A DNA stretch of 64,000 bases from the NCBI GenBank assembly GCA_052326445.1, contig JBKQNC010000017.1:129227-193226 (forward strand). The letters are read 5' to 3'. Position numbers and translations under genes: made by a program. The DNA comes from Thermoplasmata archaeon (GTDB lineage: Archaea > Thermoplasmatota > Thermoplasmata > Lutacidiplasmatales > UBA184). The notes below the pieces were generated by a model. It was given only the letters and a program-made list of their open reading frames with translations, had not been told where the DNA came from and did no database searches. The stretch's first letter is position 1; the number at the start of each line of letters is the position of its first letter. This document shows positions 26,083 through 34,771 of this stretch, piece by piece.

Positions 26083-27345
26083 TTAACGGTTCCCGGCGGC
26101 CGGAGCGTCCTCCGGTCCGAGCGGGGCTCGAAGCCAGTGGACGCGGAGGCGCGCGCCGGCCCGGAGACGGCTTCGCCCCGGCGGGAGCACGACGAAGCCC
26201 TGAGCCCCGGTCATGCTCGTGATGGAGGAGGAGCCGTGGTAGGTCGAATAGGCTCGGCCGTTCCGAAGGGTGAGCGGGACGACCGTCGCCAAACCGGGGG
26301 TCGGGGCGAGCACCCCCCGTCCGAGGGGAACGGTCGCGTCCGTCCAGGGAGAGCCGGGGCGCCGGGCGAGCCGGTGCAGGAGGGGGATCACCAGCCAGTA
26401 GGTGTTGGCGAGGCAGGACGACGGGTGTCCGGGAAGGCCGAGGATCAGTTTCCCTCGGGCGACCGCGGCGAGGGTCGGCTTGCCGGGTCGCACCGCGATA
26501 CCGTGGAACAAGAGGCGTCCGACTCGGGGGAGTACCCGGGGCAAGAGGTCCCGCTCTCCGACGGAGCTCCCTCCTGTGGCCAGGACCAGGTCGGACGTGG
26601 CCAGGGCCCGACGCAGGCTCGCCTCGATCCTCCGCGGGTCGTCCGGAACGGGGGGGAGCGGGCGAGGGATCCCGCCGGCCGCGGTCACGATCGCGGAGAG
26701 GGTGACGTTGTTGCTCTCGTAGATGCTCCCGGCGCGGGACGGTCGACCGGGCAGGATCAGCTCGTTGCCGTTCGGAACGATCGACACGACGGGGCGGGCG
26801 TAGCACGGGACGGAAGCGAACCCACAGCCCGCGAGGGCGCCGAGCGTCGCCGGGCCGAGCTCCTCGCCGGGGCGCACGAGGGTCGTCCCCTTCGGAAAGT
26901 CGTCCCCGGCAGGGGCGATGCGGTCTCCCCGGATCACTGGGTGGGGAACGGAGACCCACCGACCGTCCCGTTCGACCTCCTCGAAGATGACGACCCCATC
27001 CGCTCCCCGCGGGAGCGCGGCCCCTGTCGCGATCGCGACGGATTCCCCCGAGGCGAGCGGTCGAGAGAATCGACCCTCGGCGTAGACGTCCCCCACGACC
27101 TTCAGGCGAACGGGCCGGGAGGCTCGGGCGGACCGGGTGTCGACGCTCCGGACCGCGTACCCGTCCCACGTGGCTCGGGCGAACGACGGCACCGCACGTG
27201 GGGCCGTGATCCGACGGGCGGAGATCCGCCCGAATCCGGACGTAACGGGCACGTCCTCGATGCGGGTGATCGGTCGAGCCGCACTGAGCAGCCGGTGCTG
27301 GGCCACCCACATCGGGATCAGCCGGCCGAATGCGTGCATCTCCAT
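26083..27345 (-). CDS. moeA: molybdopterin molybdenumtransferase MoeA
   Basis: MoeA N-terminal, MoCF-binding (GGSSVGERD) and C-terminal domains. ~420 aa. Confidence 0.85.
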   Translation of the reverse strand: MEMHAFGRLIPMWVAQHRLLSAARPITRIEDVPVTSGFGRISARRITAPRAVPSFARATWDGYAVRSVDTRSARASRPVRLKVVGDVYAEGRFSRPLASGESVAIATGAALPRGADGVVIFEEVERDGRWVSVPHPVIRGDRIAPAGDDFPKGTTLVRPGEELGPATLGALAGCGFASVPCYARPVVSIVPNGNELILPGRPSRAGSIYESNNVTLSAIVTAAGGIPRPLPPVPDDPRRIEASLRRALATSDLVLATGGSSVGERDLLPRVLPRVGRLLFHGIAVRPGKPTLAAVARGKLILGLPGHPSSCLANTYWLVIPLLHRLARRPGSPWTDATVPLGRGVLAPTPGLATVVPLTLRNGRAYSTYHGSSSITSMTGAQGFVVLPPGRSRLRAGARLRVHWLRAPLGPEDAPAAGNR

Positions 27346-27357
27346 GCTGAGTCCCTC

Positions 27358-28269
27358 CTACCGAGCTCCCTCGATCCATCGGGCCGCGGCCCGGGTCCCG
27401 GCCTCGAGACACCCCACGAGCGGCGCGCCCTCGAACCAGCCGGCGTAAAAGCCTCCTCGGAACGCGTCCCCCGCGCCGACCATCGTGCGGCGCCGCTTCG
27501 GGTGACGCGCCGCCACATGGAGGGCTCCCCGCCGCGAGTAGGCAGTCACGCCCTTCGACCCTTCGGTACAGATCACGAGGGGAACCTGGTCGAGAAGGGC
27601 CGCCGGAGCAGGGAGCCCCAAAAGTTCGACCGCGCGGTCGACCTCCGAGCGGTTGCCGAAGAACAGTTCGGATGCGGCGAGGAGCCGCCGCAAGAGCGGC
27701 GCGCTCCAGCGGTAGTGGATCTCCTGCGCCGGATCGGCAGCCACGCGAAGCCCCCGGGCCCGCGCGGCGTCGACCAGCCGGAGGTGGAGCGAGGGTGGAC
27801 CCGTCGTGACATGCAGCCAGGAATACTCACTGAGACCCGGCGGCACGCGGAAGGGCGGGACGGGGCGATCCGCCATCGGACCTTGGTCGATCAGCGTGCG
27901 CTGGGTCCCGTGGGAATCCTCCACGATGTAGCACGTCGGGGTCGCCCGACCGGGCGTTCGGGTGACCCCGCGAAGGTCGATGGCCGCCCGCCGCAGCGGC
28001 GCCTCGAGGGACGAGGTGAATCCGTCGCCCACCCGCGCGACCAGGCCGCACGCGACCCCGTACCGGGTGGCGGTCAGCGCGATGTTGGCCGCCGTCCCGC
28101 CCAGCTCGGAGCGGGACGCATCGATGGGGACGGTGCGGTCGACCTCCGGGAACTCCGTAACGCTCAGGAACCGGTCGACATTGATGTGCCCCGCGACCAG
28201 GAGGTCCCGGGGCCGGTCGGGCACGACGGACCGTGCGGAGGCATCCCGGAAGGAGGTCGACGCGCGCAT
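27358..28269 (-). CDS. PfkB-family carbohydrate/nucleoside kinase
   Basis: Ribokinase-like fold with GG motif and the C-terminal anion-hole motif GAGDAF. Confidence 0.75.
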   Translation of the reverse strand: MRASTSFRDASARSVVPDRPRDLLVAGHINVDRFLSVTEFPEVDRTVPIDASRSELGGTAANIALTATRYGVACGLVARVGDGFTSSLEAPLRRAAIDLRGVTRTPGRATPTCYIVEDSHGTQRTLIDQGPMADRPVPPFRVPPGLSEYSWLHVTTGPPSLHLRLVDAARARGLRVAADPAQEIHYRWSAPLLRRLLAASELFFGNRSEVDRAVELLGLPAPAALLDQVPLVICTEGSKGVTAYSRRGALHVAARHPKRRRTMVGAGDAFRGGFYAGWFEGAPLVGCLEAGTRAAARWIEGAR

Positions 28270-28331
28270 GCCGATGCGAACGGCACGCGGGCTCGCCCTT
28301 AAACGGCGCTGGCCCTCCGGCGTCGGCAGTC

Positions 28332-29423
28332 ATGCTCGTCGAAGGGGCAATCCTGGACCGTGACGGCGCGCGGCCGGCGGGGGTCCGCCTTCGGGAGGGC
28401 CGGGTCGTGGAGGTCGGCCGTCGCGGCACGCTCCGTCCCCGCTCGGGGGAGCGACGGGTCCGGGGGATCGTCATCCCGGCCCCCATCAACGCCCACACGC
28501 ACCTCGGTGACGCCGTCTCCGTACGCGAGCCTCCTTCCGGCCCGGTCGAGGACCTGGTGGCGAACCCGGGCGGCTACAAGTTCGCGATGTTGGCCGCGAG
28601 CCGCCCCGCGGAGAAGGTCCGCGCGATGCGCGACGCGATGTGGCGGATGGCGCGGGAGGGCACCGAGGCCGTCTTCGATTTCCGGGAAGAGGGGATCGAA
28701 GGGGTCCGACTCCTCCGACGCGCCGCGCGGGGAGTGCCGATCCGGGTCCTCATCCTCGGGCGTCCCCTCGAGCGACCGGTCGAGGGCCGCGAATTGCGCG
28801 ACCTGTTGGCCGAAGCGGACGGGGTCGGCCTCTCCTCCGCCCGGGACGAGACCGAAACGACCCGGCGCCTCGTCGCGCGGGCCTGCCGGTCCGCGCACAA
28901 GCGATTCGCCCTGCACGCGAGCGAGGCGGTTCGGGAGCGTCCCGAGACGTTCCTCGACCCCAAACCCGACCTCCTCATCCATCTCGCCAAGGCGACCGAA
29001 GAGGACCTGGAGGCCGTCGCGAAGGCTCGCGTGACGGTCGCCGTGTGCCCGCGTTCGAACGCCCTCTTCGGCCGGCAGCCGGACCTCGCGGCCATGGAAC
29101 GCACGGGGATCTCCCTCATGATCGGCACCGACAACGCGATGTTCCACGCGCCGTCGCTCTGGAGCGAGCTCCAGTTCGCCTACGTGGCGACGCGGCTCCG
29201 GAGCCGACCGGTCTCGGCGGCGTACCTGGCGGAGGCCGCGCTCGTCGAGCCATACCGGTGGCTCGGGATCCCGGACGCCGCCTCGATCTCGGTCGGTTCC
29301 CCCGCGCAACCGCTCGTGGTCCGGTTGCCTCCGGACGACCCCGCCTACCAGGTCGTCACCCGGGCCACCGAACAACTTATCGTCCGTCCGGCCCGCCCTC
29401 CCGGAGCGAGCCTTCCCCGATGA
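28332..29423 (+). CDS. metal-dependent amidohydrolase (TRZ/ATZ-like)
   Basis: HxH metal-binding motif (PINAHTHLGD) and a downstream His/Asp pattern. Its stop overlaps the glyS ATG (ATGA). Confidence 0.7.
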   Translation: MLVEGAILDRDGARPAGVRLREGRVVEVGRRGTLRPRSGERRVRGIVIPAPINAHTHLGDAVSVREPPSGPVEDLVANPGGYKFAMLAASRPAEKVRAMRDAMWRMAREGTEAVFDFREEGIEGVRLLRRAARGVPIRVLILGRPLERPVEGRELRDLLAEADGVGLSSARDETETTRRLVARACRSAHKRFALHASEAVRERPETFLDPKPDLLIHLAKATEEDLEAVAKARVTVAVCPRSNALFGRQPDLAAMERTGISLMIGTDNAMFHAPSLWSELQFAYVATRLRSRPVSAAYLAEAALVEPYRWLGIPDAASISVGSPAQPLVVRLPPDDPAYQVVTRATEQLIVRPARPPGASLPR

Positions 29424-30925
29424 AGATCGACGAGCTGTTCGCACTCCTCCGGCGACGAGGGGTGCTCTGGCCCTCCGCCGAGGTTTACGGCGGTACGCAA
29501 GGTCTGTACGACTACGGCCCGCTCGGAACGGCGCTCAAGCGCCGCGTCGAGGATGCCTGGGCCGCCTGGTTCGTCGGGCTCTCCCACGACTATCACCGGA
29601 TCGAGCCCGCCGAGATCCTGCCGGAAGCGGTCGTCCGGGCCTCGGGGCACCTCGAGAACTTCACCGACCCCGAGGTCACCTGCGAATCCTGCCACGCGGT
29701 GTCGCGCGCCGACTCGGTCCTCGCGAAGATCCGACCGGAAGGGGTCGACGGACTCACGCCGGTCCAGATCGCCGAGATCATCCAGACGAAGGGGGGTCGG
29801 TGCCCGTCCTGCGGGTCGACCTCGCTGAGCGTTCCCCGACCGTTCAACCTGATGTTCGGGGTCGACCTCGGGGTCACCGGGAAGGAGCGGGCCTACCTGC
29901 AGCCCGAGACCGCGCAGGGAAGCTACCTTTCCTTCCCCCGCATGTGGGATGTCGGCCGACACGCCCTCCCGCTCGGGATCGCCGTCATCGGGAAGGCGTA
30001 CCGGAACGAGATCGCCCCCCGCCAGGTCCTCTTCCGGATGCGGGCCTTCACCCAGGCGGAGCTCCAGATCTTCTTCGACCCCGCCGGCTTCCCCGTACCC
30101 TTCGACCGGGTCCGGGACGACCTCCTGCCGATGCTCCGCGTTCCCCGGCGCGAGGCCGGGGAGGAGACCCCCGAGCCGGTCCGTGCGGGCGAGCTCGTCG
30201 ATTCGGGGGCGCTCCCCGAGTTCTACGTGTACCACCTCGCGCACACCGTTCGCTTCTACCGGGACGTGCTGGGCTACCCCGCCGACCGAATCCGGCTCTT
30301 CGAAAAGTCCGACGCCGAGCGGGCGTTCTACAACAAGATCCAGTTCGACGTCGAGGTGCGGCTCGACAGCCTGGGCGGCTACAAGGAGCTGGGCGCCGTC
30401 CACTACCGCGGGAACTACGACCTGAGCCGCCATTCCCAGGGCTCGGGGAAGGACCTCTCGGTCCATCCGACCGGGCGCGAGGCGCTGCTCCCGCACGTCC
30501 TCGAGCTGACGTTCGGGGTCGACCGGAATGTCTGGGCGCTCGCGGACGTCCACCTCACGAAGGAAGGCGAGCGTTCCCTCTGGAAGCTCCCCGCGTTCCT
30601 CGCTCCGGTGGCGGTCGGGGTTTTCCCGCTCATCGAGAAGGAACACTCCGAGTTCGCTCTGCGGCTCGTCGACGAGCTCGCCTCCGCCGGCATCCCGGCG
30701 GCCTACGATGGCGCGAGCTCGATCGGCAAGCGCTACGCCCGCATGGACGAGGCCGGGGCGCCGTTCTGCGTCACCGTGGACGGGGAGACGGTGGCCGAGG
30801 GACCCACCCGGGGCACGGTCACCCTCCGTCAGCGGGACTCGAAGGCCCAGGAACGGGTGCCGGCGGTAGAACTCCCCGCCCGGATCGTGCCGGTCTTGCG
30901 TCCCCCGCGACCCCGCCGCGACTAG
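29420..30925 (+). CDS. glyS: glycine--tRNA ligase (archaeal/eukaryotic-type class II)
   Basis: Class II aaRS motifs (FRMRAFTQAELQIF, GxGxDR), the zinc-binding insertion CESC..CPSCG, and the anticodon-binding domain. Confidence 0.9.
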   Translation: MKIDELFALLRRRGVLWPSAEVYGGTQGLYDYGPLGTALKRRVEDAWAAWFVGLSHDYHRIEPAEILPEAVVRASGHLENFTDPEVTCESCHAVSRADSVLAKIRPEGVDGLTPVQIAEIIQTKGGRCPSCGSTSLSVPRPFNLMFGVDLGVTGKERAYLQPETAQGSYLSFPRMWDVGRHALPLGIAVIGKAYRNEIAPRQVLFRMRAFTQAELQIFFDPAGFPVPFDRVRDDLLPMLRVPRREAGEETPEPVRAGELVDSGALPEFYVYHLAHTVRFYRDVLGYPADRIRLFEKSDAERAFYNKIQFDVEVRLDSLGGYKELGAVHYRGNYDLSRHSQGSGKDLSVHPTGREALLPHVLELTFGVDRNVWALADVHLTKEGERSLWKLPAFLAPVAVGVFPLIEKEHSEFALRLVDELASAGIPAAYDGASSIGKRYARMDEAGAPFCVTVDGETVAEGPTRGTVTLRQRDSKAQERVPAVELPARIVPVLRPPRPRRD

Positions 30926-30962
30926 GCGCCGCTGGGCCCCTGTTTCCGGCCGGTAACAACGG

Positions 30963-30969
30963 CTATATC
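30963..30969 (+). promoter_or_regulatory. TATA-like element (CTATATC) ~28 nt upstream of ATG 30994
   Basis: AT-rich island in GC-rich intergenic DNA. Confidence 0.3.
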
Positions 30970-30993
30970 GCGAGGCTCGGTGACACCGCCTCG

Positions 30994-31623
30994 ATGGCGG
31001 CCGGCGGCAGCACTCCTCCCGAGGGCACGGGGTCGGCCACACCACTCGCCGCGCGCCGTTCCCGCTGGATGGGCCAGCAGTACGCGGACATCACGAAACT
31101 GCGCGAGTACGCTGCCCGGCACGACCGGGCGGCCGTCCGGGCGCAGCAGCGCGTCGCGCGGATCAACACCCGGATCGAAAAGCTCCGGCACCAGGCCACC
31201 CTCCTTCGGGAGAAGGCCCAGAAAGTGCTCGCCGAGATCCCCGAGATCGAGCAGCAGATGAGCCAGCACGAACGGGACATCAACGCCGCCACGGGCGGGA
31301 GGGTCGGCGTCGCCGTGACGAGCGACGTCACGAGCCTGCACTATCGCATCCGAAAGCTCCAGCAGAAGGTCGTCGACAAGCAGCAGAAGGCGCGGCACCT
31401 CGAGCTGCGGGCGGCCCAACGGACGCAGAAGACCGCGGAGCTGAAGGTGAAGGTCGACCGATTCACCGAAGCGTCCCGGCTCGAAGAACAGGAGGCTGCC
31501 TCGTTCCGACAGCGCGCCGACCGGCTGCAGATGGTGACGGAGGGCGACGTCGCGGCCCACCTGACCCAGGGCGCACCGGCCCCGAAGGGCGCCGCGGACG
31601 AGCCACCGCCTCCCCCACCATGA
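30994..31623 (+). CDS. hypothetical coiled-coil protein
   Basis: Strong GC3 bias in this frame. Heptad-rich K/R/Q/E sequence with a poly-Pro C-terminus. Its stop overlaps the next ATG (ATGA). Confidence 0.5.
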   Translation: MAAGGSTPPEGTGSATPLAARRSRWMGQQYADITKLREYAARHDRAAVRAQQRVARINTRIEKLRHQATLLREKAQKVLAEIPEIEQQMSQHERDINAATGGRVGVAVTSDVTSLHYRIRKLQQKVVDKQQKARHLELRAAQRTQKTAELKVKVDRFTEASRLEEQEAASFRQRADRLQMVTEGDVAAHLTQGAPAPKGAADEPPPPPP

Positions 31624-32177
31624 AGCTGATCGTCACGGTCGGGATGCCCGGCTCCGGCAAGGACGAGCTGCTCGAGATCGCACGCTCGATCGGCCTCGCG
31701 ACCCTGAAGATGGGCGACCTCGTCCGGGACGAGACCCGGCGCCGGGGCCTCCCGCTCACGAGCCAGAACGTCGGGCGGATCGCCTCGGAGGAGCGCGACA
31801 AGCATGGCGGCGGGGTCTGGGCCCAGCGGGCGCTTCCGAAGCTGACCGAGACCCGCATGCTCGTGGACGGGTGCCGCTCGGATACCGAGGTCACGGTGTT
31901 CCGCCACAACTTCGGCGACCTCTTCGTCCTGGGGATCTTCGCCTCTCCCGACACCCGGTACGACCGGATGAGTTCCCGGGCGCGCGGCGACGACGGCGGG
32001 ACGCTCCAGGATTTCTTCGACCGCGACCGCCGCGAGCTGAAGTGGGGGATCGGGAACGCCTTCGCGCTCGCGGATGGGATGCTGATCAACGAGGGACCGC
32101 TCGACCAGTTCCGCCGGACCGCGCGGGCGGAACTCGAACGGATCCTCGCGACGAAGGACGAGTCCAGCCGGCTCTAG
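31620..32177 (+). CDS. P-loop nucleotide kinase (UPF0200 / dephospho-CoA-kinase-like, archaeal)
   Basis: Walker A GMPGSGKDE at the N-terminus. ~185 aa. Translationally coupled to the upstream coiled-coil ORF. Confidence 0.65.
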   Translation: MKLIVTVGMPGSGKDELLEIARSIGLATLKMGDLVRDETRRRGLPLTSQNVGRIASEERDKHGGGVWAQRALPKLTETRMLVDGCRSDTEVTVFRHNFGDLFVLGIFASPDTRYDRMSSRARGDDGGTLQDFFDRDRRELKWGIGNAFALADGMLINEGPLDQFRRTARAELERILATKDESSRL

Positions 32178-32821
32178 ATCGGGTCGAGGCTCCCCGGGTC
32201 GGGAGCCGCGAGGAGGGACCGGACGCTCTCGAACCGCTCGCGGTCGACCACGACCGCGACCCGCGGATGGCGGGTCGCGAGGAGACGCGCCGCGCGGACC
32301 AGGTGCCGGTCGCGGGCGGCGGCAAAGTTCCGCGAACCCCGTCCGCCGGCGACCGACCGGTCCCATTCGAGGGCGTACTCGTCCGGCGTCGTCGGGGCGG
32401 GGGGGCTCCGGGAGACCCGGCGCTCCCGCACCGTCCGACGCACGAGCTCGACGTAGCCGATGTGGTCGGCGAAGAGGTTCGCGGTCCGGTCCTCGGTCGG
32501 GTCGAGCGCCTCGACCGGTACCTCGCGGGCCCAGCGGAGGAGCTCGACGAACGCGGGGTTCGGGACCCGAACCTCGCCGAACCGGACGAGGCCCCGGATC
32601 TCGCTCCGCTCGGCGGTGGTGAGCGGAACGACCGGCTCCGCGGTCGCGTTGACGAAGTAATCGAGGAGGCCGCGCAACTCGTCCGGCGAGACCCCGAGGC
32701 CGAGCACCGAGGGAGGGGACCGTTCCAACGCCGCCAGGAGCGGCGGGACTTCGGAAGCGAGCCCGCGAACGGGCGCATAGAGCTGGAGGTCCCCGGCCCC
32801 GCCGAGGCGGGCGGTGATCAC
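32174..32821 (-). CDS. hypothetical protein (weak TraB/GumN-like resemblance)
   Basis: GC3-rich frame. Overlaps the upstream regulator gene by 4 nt. No secure family assignment. Confidence 0.45.
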   Translation of the reverse strand: MITARLGGAGDLQLYAPVRGLASEVPPLLAALERSPPSVLGLGVSPDELRGLLDYFVNATAEPVVPLTTAERSEIRGLVRFGEVRVPNPAFVELLRWAREVPVEALDPTEDRTANLFADHIGYVELVRRTVRERRVSRSPPAPTTPDEYALEWDRSVAGGRGSRNFAAARDRHLVRAARLLATRHPRVAVVVDRERFESVRSLLAAPDPGSLDPI

Positions 32822-33819
32822 GGTCCTTCGCGCTCCGTGAGTTCGCCCATGAGCTCATCCGGGTCCCGGTGTCGCCGGAGCTCGCGGACGTTCAGGATTG
32901 GAAGTCCCCCGATGGAGGGGCGGTGGACCGACTCCGCGACGATGAACATCGCATGGCCCTCCGCGACGCGGGCGAGCGCGGCGAGGATCTCGGCCCGGTG
33001 CAGCGCCGTGCGCAGGCTGCCGACCCCGGTGAGCAGGATCTCGGGCGCCCGCGCGAACGCATCGAACGGGGCTCGCACGGTCACGGTTACTTCGAGGCCC
33101 ATCTCGTTCAGCTCGTCCAGGACCCCGTCCCGGAGCGGGTCTCCAGTGTGAGAGCGGGGATGCTCCGTCGTCGTCCGGCCCCCCTCGGTGGATTCGGATT
33201 CGTCCGCCTTGCCGGCGGGGGTCTGAAGGATCGTCCGGGGCGGGTCGAAGATCGTCAGCGGCGAGACCAGCGGTTCCCCGAGGAAGGTTTCCATCCGCTC
33301 GACGATGGTGACCTCGGCGCCCGCGCCCTCCTCGTAGAGCTGGATCGCGCGGCGGGAGACGCCCGCGACGCCGGCGAGCGTGCCGAGCGAGAGGCCGCGC
33401 TCGTTGCGGAGGGCTCGGAGGCGCTCGCCCGAGATGCGGGCGAAGATCCCGCCCGGGCTGGCATACAGGAACGGCGGGAGGCCCTTGTCGAGGTACTCCC
33501 CGAGGGTCTCCTCGGTCACGATCGGAACCCCGTACCGCGTGTAGACGACGCCCGGGTCGAGCTCCGCGGACCCCGAGGCCTCGCCCACGATCAGTACCGT
33601 CGCCGGGAAGAGACGGCCGAGCTCGAGGAGGCGCGCGGCCTCCTCGGACCCGAGCGCGTCGATGTTCTTCAAGACCTTGACGAGGAAGAGGGCGGCGTCC
33701 CGCCGGGCGGCGAGGTCGAAGCTGGACGGGCGCACACCGTGGGTGTCCGCGACGTAGAACCCGGCACGCTCCAGGATCTCCTGGATTCGTTCGATTCGGT
33801 GTTCGCGCGTCTTCGGCAT
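32818..33819 (-). CDS. COG1395-type archaeal transcriptional regulator with a central XRE-like HTH
   Basis: ~330 aa with the HTH in the middle (LRALRNERGLSLGTLAGVAGVSRRAIQLYEEG), typical of the MTH967/MJ1164 family. Confidence 0.65.
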   Translation of the reverse strand: MPKTREHRIERIQEILERAGFYVADTHGVRPSSFDLAARRDAALFLVKVLKNIDALGSEEAARLLELGRLFPATVLIVGEASGSAELDPGVVYTRYGVPIVTEETLGEYLDKGLPPFLYASPGGIFARISGERLRALRNERGLSLGTLAGVAGVSRRAIQLYEEGAGAEVTIVERMETFLGEPLVSPLTIFDPPRTILQTPAGKADESESTEGGRTTTEHPRSHTGDPLRDGVLDELNEMGLEVTVTVRAPFDAFARAPEILLTGVGSLRTALHRAEILAALARVAEGHAMFIVAESVHRPSIGGLPILNVRELRRHRDPDELMGELTEREGP

Positions 33820-33850
33820 CGGCGACCCCCTAGAATCCAGTTACCTCTCG

Positions 33851-33860
33851 TATATAAAAA
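33851..33860 (-). promoter_or_regulatory. strong TATA box (TATATAAAAA) 32-43 nt upstream of the regulator start at 33819
   Basis: The only AT-rich decamer in this intergenic region. Confidence 0.4.
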
Positions 33861-33985
33861 CATACGGTAACGACTGTCGGACGTCTCGAGCGTTTCCGGT
33901 CGGGTGGGGGAAGACTATTGGGCCGCGACCGGCTCGGACCCACGTGGCGCCCCACCTGCGTCCCGTGCCGGACGCCCCTGCCTTG

Positions 33986-34771
33986 ATGATCGAGGCAGAG
34001 ACCTCGGGCGACCGTACCCTCGTCATCGCTGACCTCCACCTCGGGCTCGGCGCAAGCCGGGAACGCCCGGGCGGTCCTCCCGAAGGCTCGGGGGTCCGCC
34101 TCACGGAGTCCTTGCTTGCGGTCGCCCACGCGGAACGGGCGAGTCGTATCGTCATCGCGGGCGACGTGAAGCACCCCATCGTCGGCACCCCACCGCCCCT
34201 TCGCCCGGTGGTCTTCGAGTTCTTTCGCGCGATCCTGGCGGCGGGCTACGAGGTCGAGGTCGTGCTCGGGAACCACGATGTCGGCCTCGAGCGTCACCTT
34301 CCGCGAGAAGTCGCGGTACGTCCGGCGACGGGCGCGGTCTACGACCGCGTGGGCGTCTTCCACGGCCATGCCTGGCCGTCGTCCCAGGTCCTGCGCGCCC
34401 CCCAGTTGGTGGCGGGCCATCTCCATCCGGGGTACCGGCTCGCCCCGAGCCCCGACGATCCCACCGGAAAACGGCGATGCTGGGTTCGCCTCGAGCTGCC
34501 TCCGCCCCCCGCCCGCCGCAGCCGGCGGCGACGGCGCCACGAGATCCGGGCGCGGGAGCTCGTCGTGCTCCCCGCCTTCAACCCCCTCGCCGGGACGGAG
34601 GCCCTGAACCGACAACGTCCCGCACGGGGTCGGAGCTTCCTCTACGGTCGATTCCTATCGCGCGGGAGTGCGCGGGCCTACCTCTTGGACGGGACCGACC
34701 TGGGGCTGCTTAGCCTACCGCCCCCGGAACCCCGGCCGCGATCCGCTCGCGCAGCGCGACCGGGTCCGTGA
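33986..34771 (+). CDS. calcineurin-like metallophosphoesterase
   Basis: Motifs DLHLG, GDVKH, GNHD and GHLHP. ATG 33986 is preferred over the GTG at 33944. The 3' end overlaps the convergent gene by ~60 nt. Confidence 0.65.
   Translation: MIEAETSGDRTLVIADLHLGLGASRERPGGPPEGSGVRLTESLLAVAHAERASRIVIAGDVKHPIVGTPPPLRPVVFEFFRAILAAGYEVEVVLGNHDVGLERHLPREVAVRPATGAVYDRVGVFHGHAWPSSQVLRAPQLVAGHLHPGYRLAPSPDDPTGKRRCWVRLELPPPPARRSRRRRRHEIRARELVVLPAFNPLAGTEALNRQRPARGRSFLYGRFLSRGSARAYLLDGTDLGLLSLPPPEPRPRSARAARPGP

Noticed and set aside
25229-27412. Single 727-aa ORF reported by the track on the minus strand
   Set aside because: It is a run-through of two separate genes in different frames (purQ with a GTG start at 26059, and moeA 26083..27345). 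The N-terminal part is low-complexity artefact.
24473-28302. Long plus-strand ORFs (24473..26086 and 26137..28302) over purQ, moeA and the PfkB kinase
   Set aside because: Antisense or alternative frames of three well-supported minus-strand genes, with low-complexity translations.
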